From NCBI RefSeq assembly GCF_037042905.1, contig NC_087263.1, positions 9,612,001 to 9,676,000 on the forward strand: DNA of 64,000 nucleotides, in the 5' to 3' direction. Position numbers and translations under genes: made by a program. Below the pieces are notes generated by a model. It did no database searches. It was not told the origin of the DNA and saw nothing but the letters and a program-made list of their open reading frames with translations. This document shows positions 38,752-51,642 of this stretch, piece by piece; position 1 is the first letter of the stretch, and each line of letters starts with the position of its first letter. The stretch is from Lytechinus pictus. Taxonomy: Eukaryota.

Positions 38752-41066
38752 TAAGCTAGCGCTGCACGCTTGCATTTTGATTGGCGAGTTATGTATGTCT
38801 CAATATTGATTATACAACAAACTACTTGAAATCCCCTTTTCATGACAGTTTATCAAAAAAATTGGCTCACGGTTTGCGTTCGCATTAATGATTAAATATA
38901 TTAACTTGATGCATCATATTTATATTTACAAAGGTGCTTGAAATGTCCAGATTTCAGGCCATAATATCATCAGATTTCGCGCCCTCATTATGCATTCATG
39001 AATATTTAAGATATTTCGGGTGATTTCATGCAACGGTCTAGAGTGGGCCATAATGTGCCTGCACTGTACATCTATAGGTCCTTGGTTGAAGTCAACGATC
39101 CTATATAACGACCCCTTGAACCTGAATTGGGTCAATTACGCCGTCTAGCACGTTTTGAGAACAATGGATGAAGGTGTGAAAATCACAAAGCAGCTAACAA
39201 TAGGAAAAATCCGTTTCAATTGAAGTTATGCTATAGATTGCGTATAGCGGTTTGAATGTGAAACCCTGAACATGCTGAATGCCTCATTGTCTGTATGTTA
39301 CTACTGTGTACTAGTAGGTCCATGGTTATAGACTCTATTATAGTTGCGTGCATGTCTTCTCCAAGCCGATTCATAGCTTGTCGGTGTCTTTAATGCACGT
39401 AAAATACAAATATACATGTAACTCTAGGTCCCATTATAGGGCATTTTTAACGGAATCGCCGATGAGATAATTTTGACAAAACAAAAATGAATCACACTAA
39501 TTATGCAGCAGCTATGTTTCTAAACATTACACGATCAAAGAAAAGACACGGGATGATATTTATTAAATTTGTTAATGGCGGCTGGTCTTTATGATAAAAA
39601 CATAGGTCTATTTTATCTTTAAGACATGAGAAAACAAATAAATCAATTATATAATTAATGTGTGTGTTTTACTTTTTACAAACGTGTATCAATCGAACAT
39701 GCTGACTACATGAAGAGTGTTGAGGTCCATTACATGATTTATTGGTATTTACACCGAGTTCTCAAATAATGGTACAAGATTTTAGAAAAGAAGTTTTGAG
39801 TGTCATCTCGTGTACATCAAATCTTAGCAAATGTTAAAAAGTTTCTGAAATGTCAATACTGTGAAAGTATATGCACTTCATTAAACGTGGACATCAGCAG
39901 GGTGGTCTCCATTAAAAGGATTTTTTTTTTGCCCTGTCGATGTGTACCTCTCTTCGATGTACGGAGGCGATCGGAGCTGCACCCCTTCCCTATTGTCAGT
40001 GAGAAAGGAAGAAAGTGATTACTCGAGATGGAGGGAGAAAAAGAGGAAGAGGATCTGTTATGGGAGGAAGAAACATAATAGAACGGTAGGGCCGGAAGGA
40101 GAGGTTGGCCATATAAAATTATGAAAACATTCAGGTCACTGTATCAAAATCAAGTTCAAGTTTATTTATTCAAAGTTTAAAAACAAACATCACATTATAA
40201 TAAAAATAAATATAGGCATGCAATGCGATGTAAATGACTACAGTAAAAGTATGATATTGTTTTAATGAAATGTACTCTGGCTTCTCTTTTTTTTTTTCTC
40301 TGTTCATTTCCCTGATCACTTCAATCTTATGTAAATATTGGCCTAGTATATATTATCAATTATCATTGATGTGTAATTTATGGCGAACATTTGATGTAAA
40401 GGATTTGTATGTGATAATTTATTTATAAAACATAAATAAGCATAGACAAATCGGTTCAAGGCCCACTGCTGCTGGTTCGTGATGTCATTCTATTGAAGGG
40501 GGGGGGGGGTCACATCCCTTGAACAATAGATTCACAACGTAATTAAATCGACTCCCATCGACCCCTTTAAAAGCGAGAGCGGGGGCCTGGATAACATAAC
40601 ACTATTAATAACATAAAATACAGGATATAGATGCTAATCTACAAAATCCCCAAAAGAGAGAAAAGAATTGATATAAGGTTAAGAATTCAGACTATAGAAC
40701 GGAATACCATTTACAAACACAAAATAAGCTATGCACAAAAACGTCCACCCGTATGCAATACTTTAATGATCCATGACATGCAAAAAGTACAAAATTTCAC
40801 TTCGTGTACTTCCCTTTATTTTGTGGGTACCATTTTAATCCTTTGCCCCAGTGATTAATTGATCTCGTTATGTCACTCCGCGATGATCGCAAGGGTGCTC
40901 TATTGATATAAAGTCATGATGAAAAAAAAAAAAATTACAGTGATTAATTTTATTATGTCACAATAAACCTAATTATGACAGTTTATGCACTCCCAAGAAA
41001 TAGTGTTTACGGGCCGGTCTATCGTCTACACACAGACCACACAGACTTCGCACAGTTCGGTCAAGG

Positions 41067-41610
41067 CCCGGGGGGGGGGCACTCGACCAAAAAAGTGGTA
41101 GGGGTGTGCCGCGGGCGAGGCAAAAAACGGGGGCCTTGGAGCGGGCTTATTGTAAAAAGGAGGGTCCTCGGAACGGGCTTCGGAACTACAAATGTTTGTG
41201 AAAACGGGGGTCCTCGGAACGGATCTCCGTATCTCTCAGTGCATATGCATCCCTATGGAACGGGCAATCGTGCATGACGCAGCTAGCGCGGCCTCCGCCG
41301 GGTGCGCTCTCGCTTAGGCGATGGTCGAAAAGCGCTCTACGGCCGCTTTTCACCAAATTGCAGCTCCTTGTAGCAAATCAATGCGACCGGAACGGCGTAA
41401 CGAAAAATATGCGAAGCTTTGGAACGTATTTCTTTCTTCTTTTTTCTCGATAAGAAGGAAATGCTATGCCTTGGAGCGGCTTTCTTTGTTCTTTTTCTCA
41501 AAAAGACAAAAATGCTATGCCTTGGAACGGAAATTTGAGTGTAAAAATGGGGGTCCCCTCCGCGGCATATACCCACTATGCATTATATACTGAGTGCCCC
41601 CCCCCCCGGT
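41067..41610. mobile_element. Non-autonomous DNA transposon with 8-bp TSD
   Basis: CCCGGGGG...GCACTC / GAGTGCCCCC...CCGG ends. Perfect TSD GGTCAAGG (41059-41066 and 41611-41618). Confidence 0.8.
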
Positions 41611-41774
41611 GGTCAAGGCGGTACGCGTATCATTAAAGGAGAACTATATTGATTATGAATGTGGTCTTATTATATGTCAATGGAAAGGTAACGATGTGGG
41701 AATTATCAGTGGGTCATTCAAAAATAACGAAAATAATACATAAGGTGAAAATCGCCGATTAAAAAAAGCTCAAA

Positions 41775-42118
41775 ATGCCTCTCCGAAATATGCCTCGCAT
41801 CGGTCTCTGCATAACATGCAGGTCCCCCAAGTCCATCTACCATCCAAGTTTGGTTGAAAAGCGACTTACGGTTGCGGAGTTAGGTGTCATAAGAGAGTCT
41901 TGCATGTAAACTTTAACGTTGACCTGAAAATGACCTTTGACCTTACCATGTGACCTCCGACTGCAGCATAACATGCAGGTCCCCCAAGTCCATCTACCAT
42001 CCAAGTTTGGTTGAAAATCGACTTACGGTTGTGGAGTTATGTGTCATTAGATTTGTGACGGACGGACGACATTTGGATCCCTAAGTCTCGCCTTCACCTC
42101 CGGTGGGCGAGACAAAAA
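41775..42118. mobile_element. Helentron/DINE-like element with two ~155-bp internal repeats
   Basis: gcataacatgcaggtcccccaagtccatctaccatccaagtttggttgaaaa occurs twice, followed by (GACG)n and terminal hairpin gtctcgcc...ggcgagac and an A-run. Confidence 0.55.
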
Positions 42119-42978
42119 TTGGGGGCATGAACCCATGTATCTAAAAGCAAGTATCTAAAAATTTGGGCCATGCATGTTTAGGGATTTTCCAGCATAAAAC
42201 CATACCCCATGTTTAGAGATTTCCCGGAGATTTCTTCCAAAAGAGCGACCCATTTCAGCGGCACATCCCCGTATACCTTATTTCGTAAGTCCCCCCCCCC
42301 CTCCCCTGGCTCTAATTGTATTCAAAATTTTCTGAACTCTTAAGATATTTGACTTGCACGTAATTAATTTCCTCGTAATTTTTCTCTTATGGCTCGACTG
42401 TATTGATCTTTTATTTTCACTTTGCCGATACCATAATAAGACTCGTGAAACGAAAATGTGTAGATTATCTATTATCTAATTAAGTCAGATCCGACTTGCA
42501 GAGAAGCGATTATCACATAAAGGGTCGTAATCAGTCATGTGTTCATTGGAGTCAGGAAAATAGGGGGTGAGATTTGACGTAAGTGGGAGAAGTAGGTTGA
42601 TGGAAAAAGGGTCAACAGAACATTTTAGCCCCCCTCCCTCTCTCTCGCCCTCCCCTTCTGTTGAGTGACTGATTTTTATTGTCATGTACGCGTGAAGTCC
42701 AGAGCAGAATGTTAATTTAATTAATTACTGATAATTAATTAATGATAATTGGGGCATCAACTTTTCCTATCAATCAACAATTTATCAATAAATCAACTAT
42801 TTCAATGGGCAATGTAATCAATCAAACATTCAGTTTTTCAATAAAGTATTTCATAAATTATAATCAAGTCAATTTCTTGGTAATCATTCAATAAAAAGAA
42901 AAAAAAATGACTATCAGCCACTGGTCACTTCAGTGGCAAATAAGTTTTGAATAGGCTACCATCCAGGAAGTGAGAGGG

Positions 42979-44684
42979 CACTGGCGTAAATCCCGGGGGG
43001 GGGGGGATGGGGGATATATCCCCCCACTTTTCGAGGAGGGGGGATGGCCTGTACAAACATCCCCCCACTTTTTACGAAAGAAATGAAAAAAAAAAAAACA
43101 TCACAAGAGATAATTGTTTTATTGGTGAAAATTCTTCCTGAAATACCGCTTAACAAATAAAACAATATTATTGAATCATAACATGCAAATAAAGAGCCAG
43201 TTCACAATTTCCAAACGAAATACTTCTGTCCTTATCATAACATTGAAGAGAAACTCCCGTTTCTTCCAATTCATCAATGTTGGTGTCTTTGGGAAGGGAT
43301 TAAGATGGAATGTCAATTTTTTTTAAATGTAATCTCTAATAAAACCATTAAACCATCATGGGGTAAAAAAGATGATAATATTGGAGGGGTATTTGCCATA
43401 TGGACATACAGTGGCGTAACTACGGGGGGGGGGGGGGGGCATGGGGGGCACGTGCCCTCCCAATCGGCTGACCAAAAAAAAAACGGGGAAAAGGGGAAAA
43501 GGAGAAAAGAGGGAGAAAGGAAGATAAGCGTATAGTGGGAAAGAAAAAAGTATTAATCATTATAATGTTATATTATAAGTATGTTATGTTGCATTACATA
43601 AGAAATTTTTTCATCATAACTTCATGAAACATAATTTGCCCAGGGCCTACGTCTTCATTGTTCCTGGTGCTTGTATTGTCTGCTAACGAGATATATAATC
43701 CTGTTGTACTGAAACATCCCGTTTTCAAGTCAATATAAACAAAATATATTTCCTAGCACTTGAGTTATCATTGTTTTATGTAGTGACATATGCTTCTTTT
43801 TCATGACTCAAAAATCGATTGCCCCATGTTAAGGTCTTCTTATATATGAAACATTTCCTGTCCGTGATTACGTTCGCATTAGTGGATTGGTGAAATATGT
43901 CTGCTCTTCATGAATTCCTAAAATCAGTCCTTAAAATGTCCCTTCTGATCTTAATATCAAAAATTTTCAGCTCGCGCTTCGCGCTCGCATCATTTGGATA
44001 TTGAATTACGGATGGTCCTAGTTAATTCCTACAAAGAAACCTTAGAATGCCCCACTTCAGGTCTGAATTATCTAAATTTTCAGCTCGCGCTTCGCGCTCG
44101 CAATATTTGATTAGTGAGATGCGTATGATAATCATGATTGCAATGACTATACAAAAAGTGTTTCATGTGTTCAGATGTAATTCTTATAAACCAGCAAGCG
44201 ATTGGCACTCGCATAAGATGACTATGGTGAGATATGCATACTCTTAATGGATTCCTAAAATATATTCCTCAAAATCTCGCTGTTTGGGGTAAAAATATAC
44301 GAAAACTTCAGCTCGCGCTTCGCGCTCGTATTGTTTAGCGAGACAGGTACCTATCATGATTATAATGTCTCTTTTTAGGTGTGAATATAAAAAAAATTCA
44401 GCTCGCGCTTCGCGCTCGCATTATTTGATCAGTGAGATGCATATCCGTTTAATGACATTGTCCAGAAAATGTCTCTATTAGGTCAGAATAACTGGCAACT
44501 GAGCGCGCTCACTCAGTAATCCCAACATTTTGCTGGTGCCCCCTCCCCAATGCCGTGACCCACGGTACGCCACTGTGGACATATCAAGACAATTCCTTGC
44601 ATATCTAAAAACATGACTGCAAAAAAAAAGCCAAAATATTTCAGTCATCCCCCCCCCACCCATCAACACGGATTTACGCCAGTG
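42979..44684. mobile_element. Non-autonomous hAT-like element (outer element of a nested pair)
   Basis: TIR CACTGGCGTAAATCC / GGATTTACGCCAGTG. Perfect 8-bp TSD TGAGAGGG. Confidence 0.88.
43409..44575. mobile_element. Non-autonomous hAT-like element (inner, nested)
   Basis: TIR CAGTGGCGTA / TACGCCACTG. Perfect 8-bp TSD TGGACATA. Internal recurring ttcagctcgcgcttcgcgctcgca motif. Confidence 0.88.
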
Positions 44685-45289
44685 TGAGAGGGGTCTGGGA
44701 AATTGAGGGGGGGTGGAGATACATAAGAATTTTATTTGTAAAATGACAAAAAGATGATGAATGCCCTTTCAACCAAGTCTTACCATATCTCGCCCTCTCG
44801 CTTGTAACAGGTACCATCACATTACTCCGACTCACAAAACACACTGCTTAGGTCTACAAGATGAATAGGCTACACTAAATTTACAATTCCTGTTCACTCA
44901 ACCATCATTCTTACAAGATTCAAAAATCATATTTGTTGGGGAAAATCCAGCATAAGTGTTACCTTCCCCTTAAAAATCCCAAACTTAGGATTTTTTTAAA
45001 GAAGTCACCATGCAATCAAATTTTGCCTCATTGTGATGTCAACCATACGATAAATAGACATAAGGAGAAAAATTCGTCCATAATTGACATCGTATACTGG
45101 TTATTGATCATTCGTTCTCTGTATATGAGGTTCATGGGTCGAATCTCGAATCAACTAAAGAGAGTTGCAGCTCCGTAATTAGCTTGAAGTAGAAGTTCGC
45201 CTTGGTGAGAAACACTCATGAAACTGTTCAGTCTAGGACCTACCTTTAATTTTCAAATGAAATTCAATCTCGACAAGCATGCCCCTTCC

Positions 45290-45915
45290 CCCACTGTCAT
45301 GCCATCACAATCGCCATAATCATAATCATTGTAATCATCAAAACTAGGATTATTATCATAATTAATCTCAGCACCTTCATCACTGTCATTATCACCGTCA
45401 TCATCATAAAACATTAATAAATTCATCATAAAACATTAATAAATCATCACCGCGGGCGGCGGAGCAGAGGATATATCCTTTGTTCATAGGGTGCATCATC
45501 ATTGTCCCCCACAGCAAAATATTATCCTCTGATCATCACTATATTGCTACCATAATCATCAATCTTGTCGTAATAAATATTCTCGTGATCAATTACGATC
45601 ATTATTACCATCACCATTATAACAACATTATAATTATTATTATCACCATTCTTGTCATTGCCATCATCGTTGGGATTACAATCATAATCATCACCATTAT
45701 CATAATCAGCCATCATTACCTTTCTTTTCGATGTCATCATCACGATCATAATATCTTTTTTTATTCACACATCATTATGTTTATAGATTAAAAAACAAAA
45801 AAATGTTATTATCGTCATCATCATTACCACCGCTTTCATCCTCATCCTCCTTATCCTTCTTCATTATCACCAACATCATTATTACCATCACCATTATATC
45901 ATCCTCGATCATCAT
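45290..45915. repeat. Degenerate (CAT/ATT)n simple repeat region
   Basis: Imperfect atcatc/attatc trinucleotide runs. Confidence 0.8.
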
Positions 45916-46429
45916 TCCGTTTTCACAAACGCTGACTACTTGTAGTAGTTCCGTCATTGGACAATGTGGTTTGGGAGGATTCATTGGGGTCAAGAAAGCA
46001 CAATTAGAGATTATCAGAGATCGTTGCGTAACTTCAGTTGAAATGGATTCTTCCTATTGTTAGTTGTTAATTGTAATTTTCACACCTTCTTTGTTCGCAA
46101 CACGTGCGAGACGGTGTAGTTAATCGAACCCATTCAAGTCGCTCCGGGGCATTCACTTCAAAGCTTCAAAGGGACTTTAAGAGTTATCTTTCCTAAAACG
46201 AAGTAAATCAAGTGCATTGGGGTCTTAAGAATAATTTAAACGAATTCTTGACCACTACGAACTACTCAAAGAACGAATAACAAAGGAGATTAAGAACTGA
46301 ACATGACTGGGAAATGGGAATGGATGAGGATTTCAATAAGTTGTATGATATTAAGAGAAGTCATAACAAATATTGAATAATGAACATTGCTTTATCCAAG
46401 TTTCCATCCTCATGATTTTGCGTTCCTAA

Positions 46430-46595
46430 TGCCTCGGTCATATTTGCTCTACGGCGGCCGTACGGTGAGTCGGAAACACCTGTTTTATCCATTTTTATTC
46501 AGACCACGTGTTTGTAGCTATTACACAAAAAAAATGTTAAAACGGTTGTTTTTTACTCGCCGCACGGCCGTCATAGAGCAAAAATGACCGAGGTA
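46430..46595. mobile_element. Hairpin MITE, copy 1
   Basis: cctcggtcatatttgctctacggcggccgtacgg... inverted with ...ccgcacggccgtcatagagcaaaaatgaccgagg. Confidence 0.7.
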
Positions 46596-47211
46596 AGGTC
46601 AGGGAATGTTGCAGGAGTTCACCCCCCCCTCCACTTAGATAAAAAAAATTGCTTGTAATTTTTTTGTTATGAAAAGACCTAATGGGGGGGGGGAGTGAAA
46701 ACCTCTGTCAAATTTTCATTGAACTCGAACTCTACCTTTCAAAAATTCTGCGTACGCTACTGCAAAAGCTAGAGCTATTGGAGCTATACGTAGCGTAAAG
46801 ATAATTTTGTTTCATAGCGGCAAAGCTCTGCCTCAAGTACCTTGTATTGTGTATGCTTGCGCGCACATGGTATCTATTAAACTGATATTAAGCGTGCGGG
46901 TATACCGCAAGAACGATACTGAGTCGTGTAAACTTTTCTGAGGACTAATTTGGAGGAATCACGTACAAGTGACAATGCGGCCGTATTTGTCAGCGCTTTT
47001 GGAATTATTATAGGCACGGTTGTAGTCACATCTTCAGGAGCGAACAGAGCTCTGCAAGCTGATTCAGTGGGTCCAGCGCCTGTAGACGTTGTGCGCGGTC
47101 GCCGCGGTTGATCGAACGCTTTGACAAAAAAATTATTTCCCTTTCCATCTTTGTCTGGAATTTACGGGAATTATATACATATTTTTGGAAGCTCACATCA
47201 TCAGGTACTAA

Positions 47212-47372
47212 TACCTTGGTCACATTTGCTCTAGGGCGGCCGTACGGCGAGTCGAATGCAGCCGTTTTATTCATTTTTATACAAACCACATTATGTAGCT
47301 CGTACATAAAATGTTAAAACGGCTGTTATTGACTCGCCGTACGGCCGCCGTATAGCAAATGTGACGAAGGTG
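47212..47372. mobile_element. Hairpin MITE, copy 2 (Harbinger-like, TAA TSD)
   Basis: Same family as 46430-46595. TAA on both flanks (47209-47211 and 47373-47375). Confidence 0.75.
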
Positions 47373-48547
47373 TAAGCATGAATAAGCGATTCGCCGGAGC
47401 AAAATTTTTGCGTCCAGGTTCTTGTCCCTTTGAATACTTGTCACGCCTTCCAACCAATTAATTACGGCACACATCGTCATTCATTATACTAGTAGTTGCA
47501 CCCTCACAACATTTCACGGCGAACAATTGAGGTAAGGAACTTCTCTACACGCGCCAATAAATTCCTCTAGGCTTGCCAGCCCAATGCCCGGGAACAATAG
47601 AAGTGCCAGAACGCGACTGCACGGGCTCGTTATGTCACTCCGCGATGATCGCAAGGGTGCTCTATTGATATGCAAATTCAACCTCATTAACTTCGTGGCG
47701 TGCAAGCCCGTGCATGAAAAGTAATGAGGGCGTGCAAACGCGTTTGCACACCCCTCCCGGATACTGACGTCCCGCCTAAAGGACAAGTCCACCCTAACAA
47801 AAAGTTGATTTGAATAAAAGGAGGAAAATCCAAGCATATCACTGTAAATTTTATAAAAATTGGAAGTAAATTAAGAAAGTTGTGACATTTCTAATTAAAA
47901 AAAATCACCATTTATTTTTAATTTTAGCTTAATTTCACAAAAAAATTATAGGCACATCTTGGTCTGTATGCAAATGAGGGAAATGATGACGTCACCCACT
48001 CACTATATCTTTTTAATTTTACTGTATGAAATATTCTATTTTCCCCCTCATTGTCCTGAGAAACAACTTTTATTCCTCCCTGAACATGTGGAATTACCAT
48101 TGCTTAAACATTTTATTGTTCAGTCAAGTTGGTCATTATTGTCAAATCTGTAAAAAATTATTGTATAATTCAAACGGTAAAAAACAAATAAAATAGTGAG
48201 TGAGGAACGTCATTGACCCTCTCATTTGCATGTCATTGAATTGTGCATATAACTGTTTTGTGAAAAATAAGTGAAACATTAAAGTGTCATAACTTTCTTA
48301 TTTTACATCCAATTTTGATGAAATTTTCAAAGTTAGACTCGTTAGATTTTTCCCTATTGATTCAAATCCACATTTTTCTGGGGTTGACTTGACCTACAGT
48401 ACTCCATTAATGATGTTTTTAGGTTATGTTTAATTATGTATATAGGTTCAATATGATTGTTTTCTTCTTCTATCTCTCTCTCTTGACCTTTAAAAAGAAT
48501 TTCATAATACACCCTTGTGAATCACTTGTATAATTTTTTTTTGACAG

Positions 48548-48709
48548 AGTTTTTAGAGAACTGGCTCCCTCTCGTTCCCCGTTGGATCCTTGACAACATC
48601 CTCGACCAACTCATCTTCCCCAAACTACAGAGGGCAGTAGAGAGTTGGAATCCGCTGACAGATGTTGTTCCTATACACTCCTGGCTCCACCCATGGTTAC
48701 CGTTGCTAG
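48548..48709 (+). CDS. TFIP11: TFIP11 coding exon 9
   Basis: ttttttgacag| (E)[53 protein letters not shown](G) |gtaaga. Highly conserved GCFC segment. Phase 1 to 1. Confidence 0.96.
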
Positions 48710-48992
48710 GTAAGAATTTGTTATGGAATTCACAAGTATACATCAAATGATATCTATGCTTATAAAATGAATACATGAGTTGCAGTAAACTTCATTTCAA
48801 AATGCATTTTTAGTTTTGAATTAGCATGATAATTGATACCAAAAATGTTTTATTAAACAATTCCTGTAATCATTATTGAATAGTTTATACATAAAACTTA
48901 TACATGTGTGTTAATGACAATTTTTTTAAAAATTGACTTGACAAGTTTTTAAATGTAAAATTTTGCTTTCTTCGCTCTGTAAAGTAATATTT

Positions 48993-49235
48993 GTGTGTTG
49001 GCTCAGTTGGTAGCGCAGCTGTCTCACAACCGAGAAGTCGGAAGCTCAAGCCCCAACCATGCCAGACCAAACATACATTAAAATGGGAATTGCTGCTACC
49101 TTGCTACCTTCAACGATTTGTGGGATAGAACAATGTCGATCTTGCATTACTCAGTGGCTGTCGGCCCAATGATTGATTGAGCAAAATCATTTTTTGGAGT
49201 ATTTCCATATTTTAATTTGAACAATACAATATGGA
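48993..49235 (+). mobile_element. tRNA-derived SINE (same family as 7575-7829)
   Basis: gtgtgttggctcagttggtag...tctcacaacc...aaatgggaattgctgctacc. Confidence 0.75.
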
Positions 49236-49263
49236 TTTTCTTTTAATTTTCATTTTTCTGCAG

Positions 49264-49482
49264 GTGAGCAGCTAGCTCCTCTCTACATCCCGATCCGACA
49301 GAAGTTTGGTTCGGCTCTCAGGGACTGGCATCCTAGCGATAGCTCGGCCAAAACTATCCTGTTGCCATGGAAACCAGTATTCTCCAAAGGAACCATGGAA
49401 GCTTTTGTAATAAGGCATATCGTTCCCAAGTTGGCCATGTGCCTGCAGCAGTTTGTGGTCAACCCATACCAGCAACATCTAG
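49264..49482 (+). CDS. TFIP11: TFIP11 coding exon 10
   Basis: tttttctgcag| (G)[39 protein letters not shown]...[21 protein letters not shown](E) |gtgggt. Confidence 0.96.
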
Positions 49483-49618
49483 GTGGGTTTGTGGGACTGC
49501 AACTTATTTCTTGTGTAGTTAGTTATGATGTGTGTGATTTTACAGTATCAAGCTTCCCGTTTGTTTTGTGCCTGGAGCATCTGTGGAGAGATTCTGGTGC
49601 GTATATTGTTTGGTGGGG

Positions 49619-49830
49619 AGGATGAGGATGATGATGATGAGGATGATGATGATGATGATGATAATTATGGTGGTGATAATGATTATGGTGGTGATGATGA
49701 TTTTGATGATGATGGTGATGATGATGATGGTGGTGATGATGATGATGATGATGGTGATAATGGTGGTGATGATTATGATGATATGATGATGATGATGGTG
49801 ATGATGATGTTGTTTGATTTGATGAGGATG
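49619..49830. repeat. (GAT/GGT)n trinucleotide repeat
   Basis: Long imperfect gatgatgat/ggtgat run. Source of the poly-D/H/M/I ORFs in the track. Confidence 0.95.
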
Positions 49831-50045
49831 ATTTTGTTGGCACATGTAATTTATCTGTGAAGCACTCAGAGACGTTGTTCCATTGAATTAAGCGCTATAT
49901 AAAAGCAGAATATAATTATTAATATTATTCGGTAATTAGAAGAAAAAAATGTTGGTGATGATGATATTGATGAAGATTTCAACATGTCACTTCCCTTTAT
50001 GTTTACTGTTATGTTTGTTTTGATTTACCAACCCATCCCTTACAG

Positions 50046-50252
50046 AACCCTTTGAATGGGTGATGGCGTGGGAAGACTTCATGCCCCGCCCAACGCTGGT
50101 CAAACTCTTTGAGACCAACTTCTTGCCGAAGTGGCTTCAAGTCTTGTGCTCTTGGCTGAACAACAGTCCTAACTACCAAGAAGTTGTTTCCTGGTACAGC
50201 GGCTGGAAGAAACTATTCCCTGACTACCTGCATGCAGAACCTGGAATCAAAT
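50046..50252 (+). CDS. TFIP11: TFIP11 coding exon 11
   Basis: cccttacag| (E)PFEWVMAWEDF...FLPKWLQVLCSWLNNSPNYQEVVSWYSGWKKLFPDYLHAEPGIK(S) |gtgagt. Confidence 0.96.
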
Positions 50253-50788
50253 GTGAGTTTATGTAGCAAGATGATAGTTTTATGGAGAAGGGGATAGAGG
50301 GAGGAAATAGAAGAGAGAGAGAAAGAAAGAACGATTTTGTGGATGGAAGAAAGTACATGTCTTTGTTGAACCTGAAATTACTTGGGAGTTTAGGCAAAAT
50401 ATTTGTGTGTAGTCCCATATCTTCATTTTGTGTGAAGTTTATATGACTCTGTAAATTAGAGTAAATTTATATTTTGGGGGTGATTTTGAAGTCATGTAGC
50501 AAATATCGATTTTTTAGATATGTTATCATGGTTTACAGGAAAATCAGTCTTATTTAGTTTAATGCCTTGGAGGTCTCAATTCCACTTTTTCTACTTATTA
50601 CTTCTTACTTTGTAATTTTTTTTTCATAGATGTTTCAACTAATTATATAGACCAAAATGGTTTTGAACCAAGTGAATATTAGACAAAATGCTTAAAGCCT
50701 AAATGGAAATTAGACTTAGTGGATAATGGGCCAAATGGCAATTAGACCAGATGGTTAGTAGTCAAACTGATTCTAGATGATCTAAGTT

Positions 50789-51605
50789 TAGACCATGTGG
50801 GATGAGACCAAATGGAAAGTAGTCAATGTGAGTGTAGCCCAAGTGGCAATTAATTCACGTGAATTTATCAAATAGCTAGTAGATGAACTAGGAGTAGACC
50901 ATGTGGGATGAGACCAAATGGAAAGTAGGCAAAGTGGGTGTAGCCCAAGTGGCAATTAATTCACGTGAATTTATCAAATAGCTAGTAGACCAACTAGGAT
51001 TAGACCATGTGGGATGAGACCAAATGGAAAGTAGACAAAGTGGGTATGGACCAAGTGGCAATTAATTCACGTGAATTTACCAAATGGCTAGTAGATGAAC
51101 TAGGAGTAGACCATGTGGGATGAGACCAAATGGAAAGTAGACAAAGTGGGTATGGACCAAGTGGCAATTAATTCACGTGAATTTACCAAATGGCTAGTAG
51201 ATGAACTAGGAGTAGACCATGTGGGATGAGACCAAATGGAAAGTAGTCAATGTGAGTGTAGCCCAAGTGGCAATTAATTCACGTGAATTTATCAAATAGC
51301 TAGTAGACCAACTAGGATTAGACCATGTGGGATGAGACCAAATGGAAAGTAGTCAATGTGAGTGTGGACCAAGTGGCAATTAATTCACGTGAATTTACCA
51401 AATGGCTAGTAGATGAACTAGGATTAGACCATGTGGGATTAGACCAAATGGAAAGTAAACAAAGTGGCTATTAATTCAATTGAATTTACCAAATGGCTAG
51501 TAGACCAAGTGGCTATTAATTCAATTGAATTTACCAAAATGGCTAGTAGATGAACTAAGATTAGACCATGTGGGATGAGACCAAATGGAAAGTAGACCAA
51601 GTGCT
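50789..51605 (+). repeat. 106-bp tandem repeat (~7.5 copies), most units with the palindrome AATTCACGTGAATT
   Basis: tagaccatgtgggatgagaccaaatggaaagtag... starts at 50789, 50895, 51001, 51107, 51213, 51319 and 51425. Confidence 0.95.
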
Positions 51606-51642
51606 AATTTACCAGCTTGCTTCCCCCCCCCCCCCACTACAG

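Noticed and set aside
44900..47840. Possible nested gene in the 15-kb TFIP11 intron
   Set aside because: A few GC-richer stretches exist, but I found no recognisable protein motif or consistent exon chain in the segments I translated.
49523..49860. Poly-His/Asp/Met ORFs (also 45480-46063, 7043-7343 and 17265-17859)
   Set aside because: Translations of trinucleotide or purine-rich simple repeats, with no splice-phase fit to the TFIP11 model.
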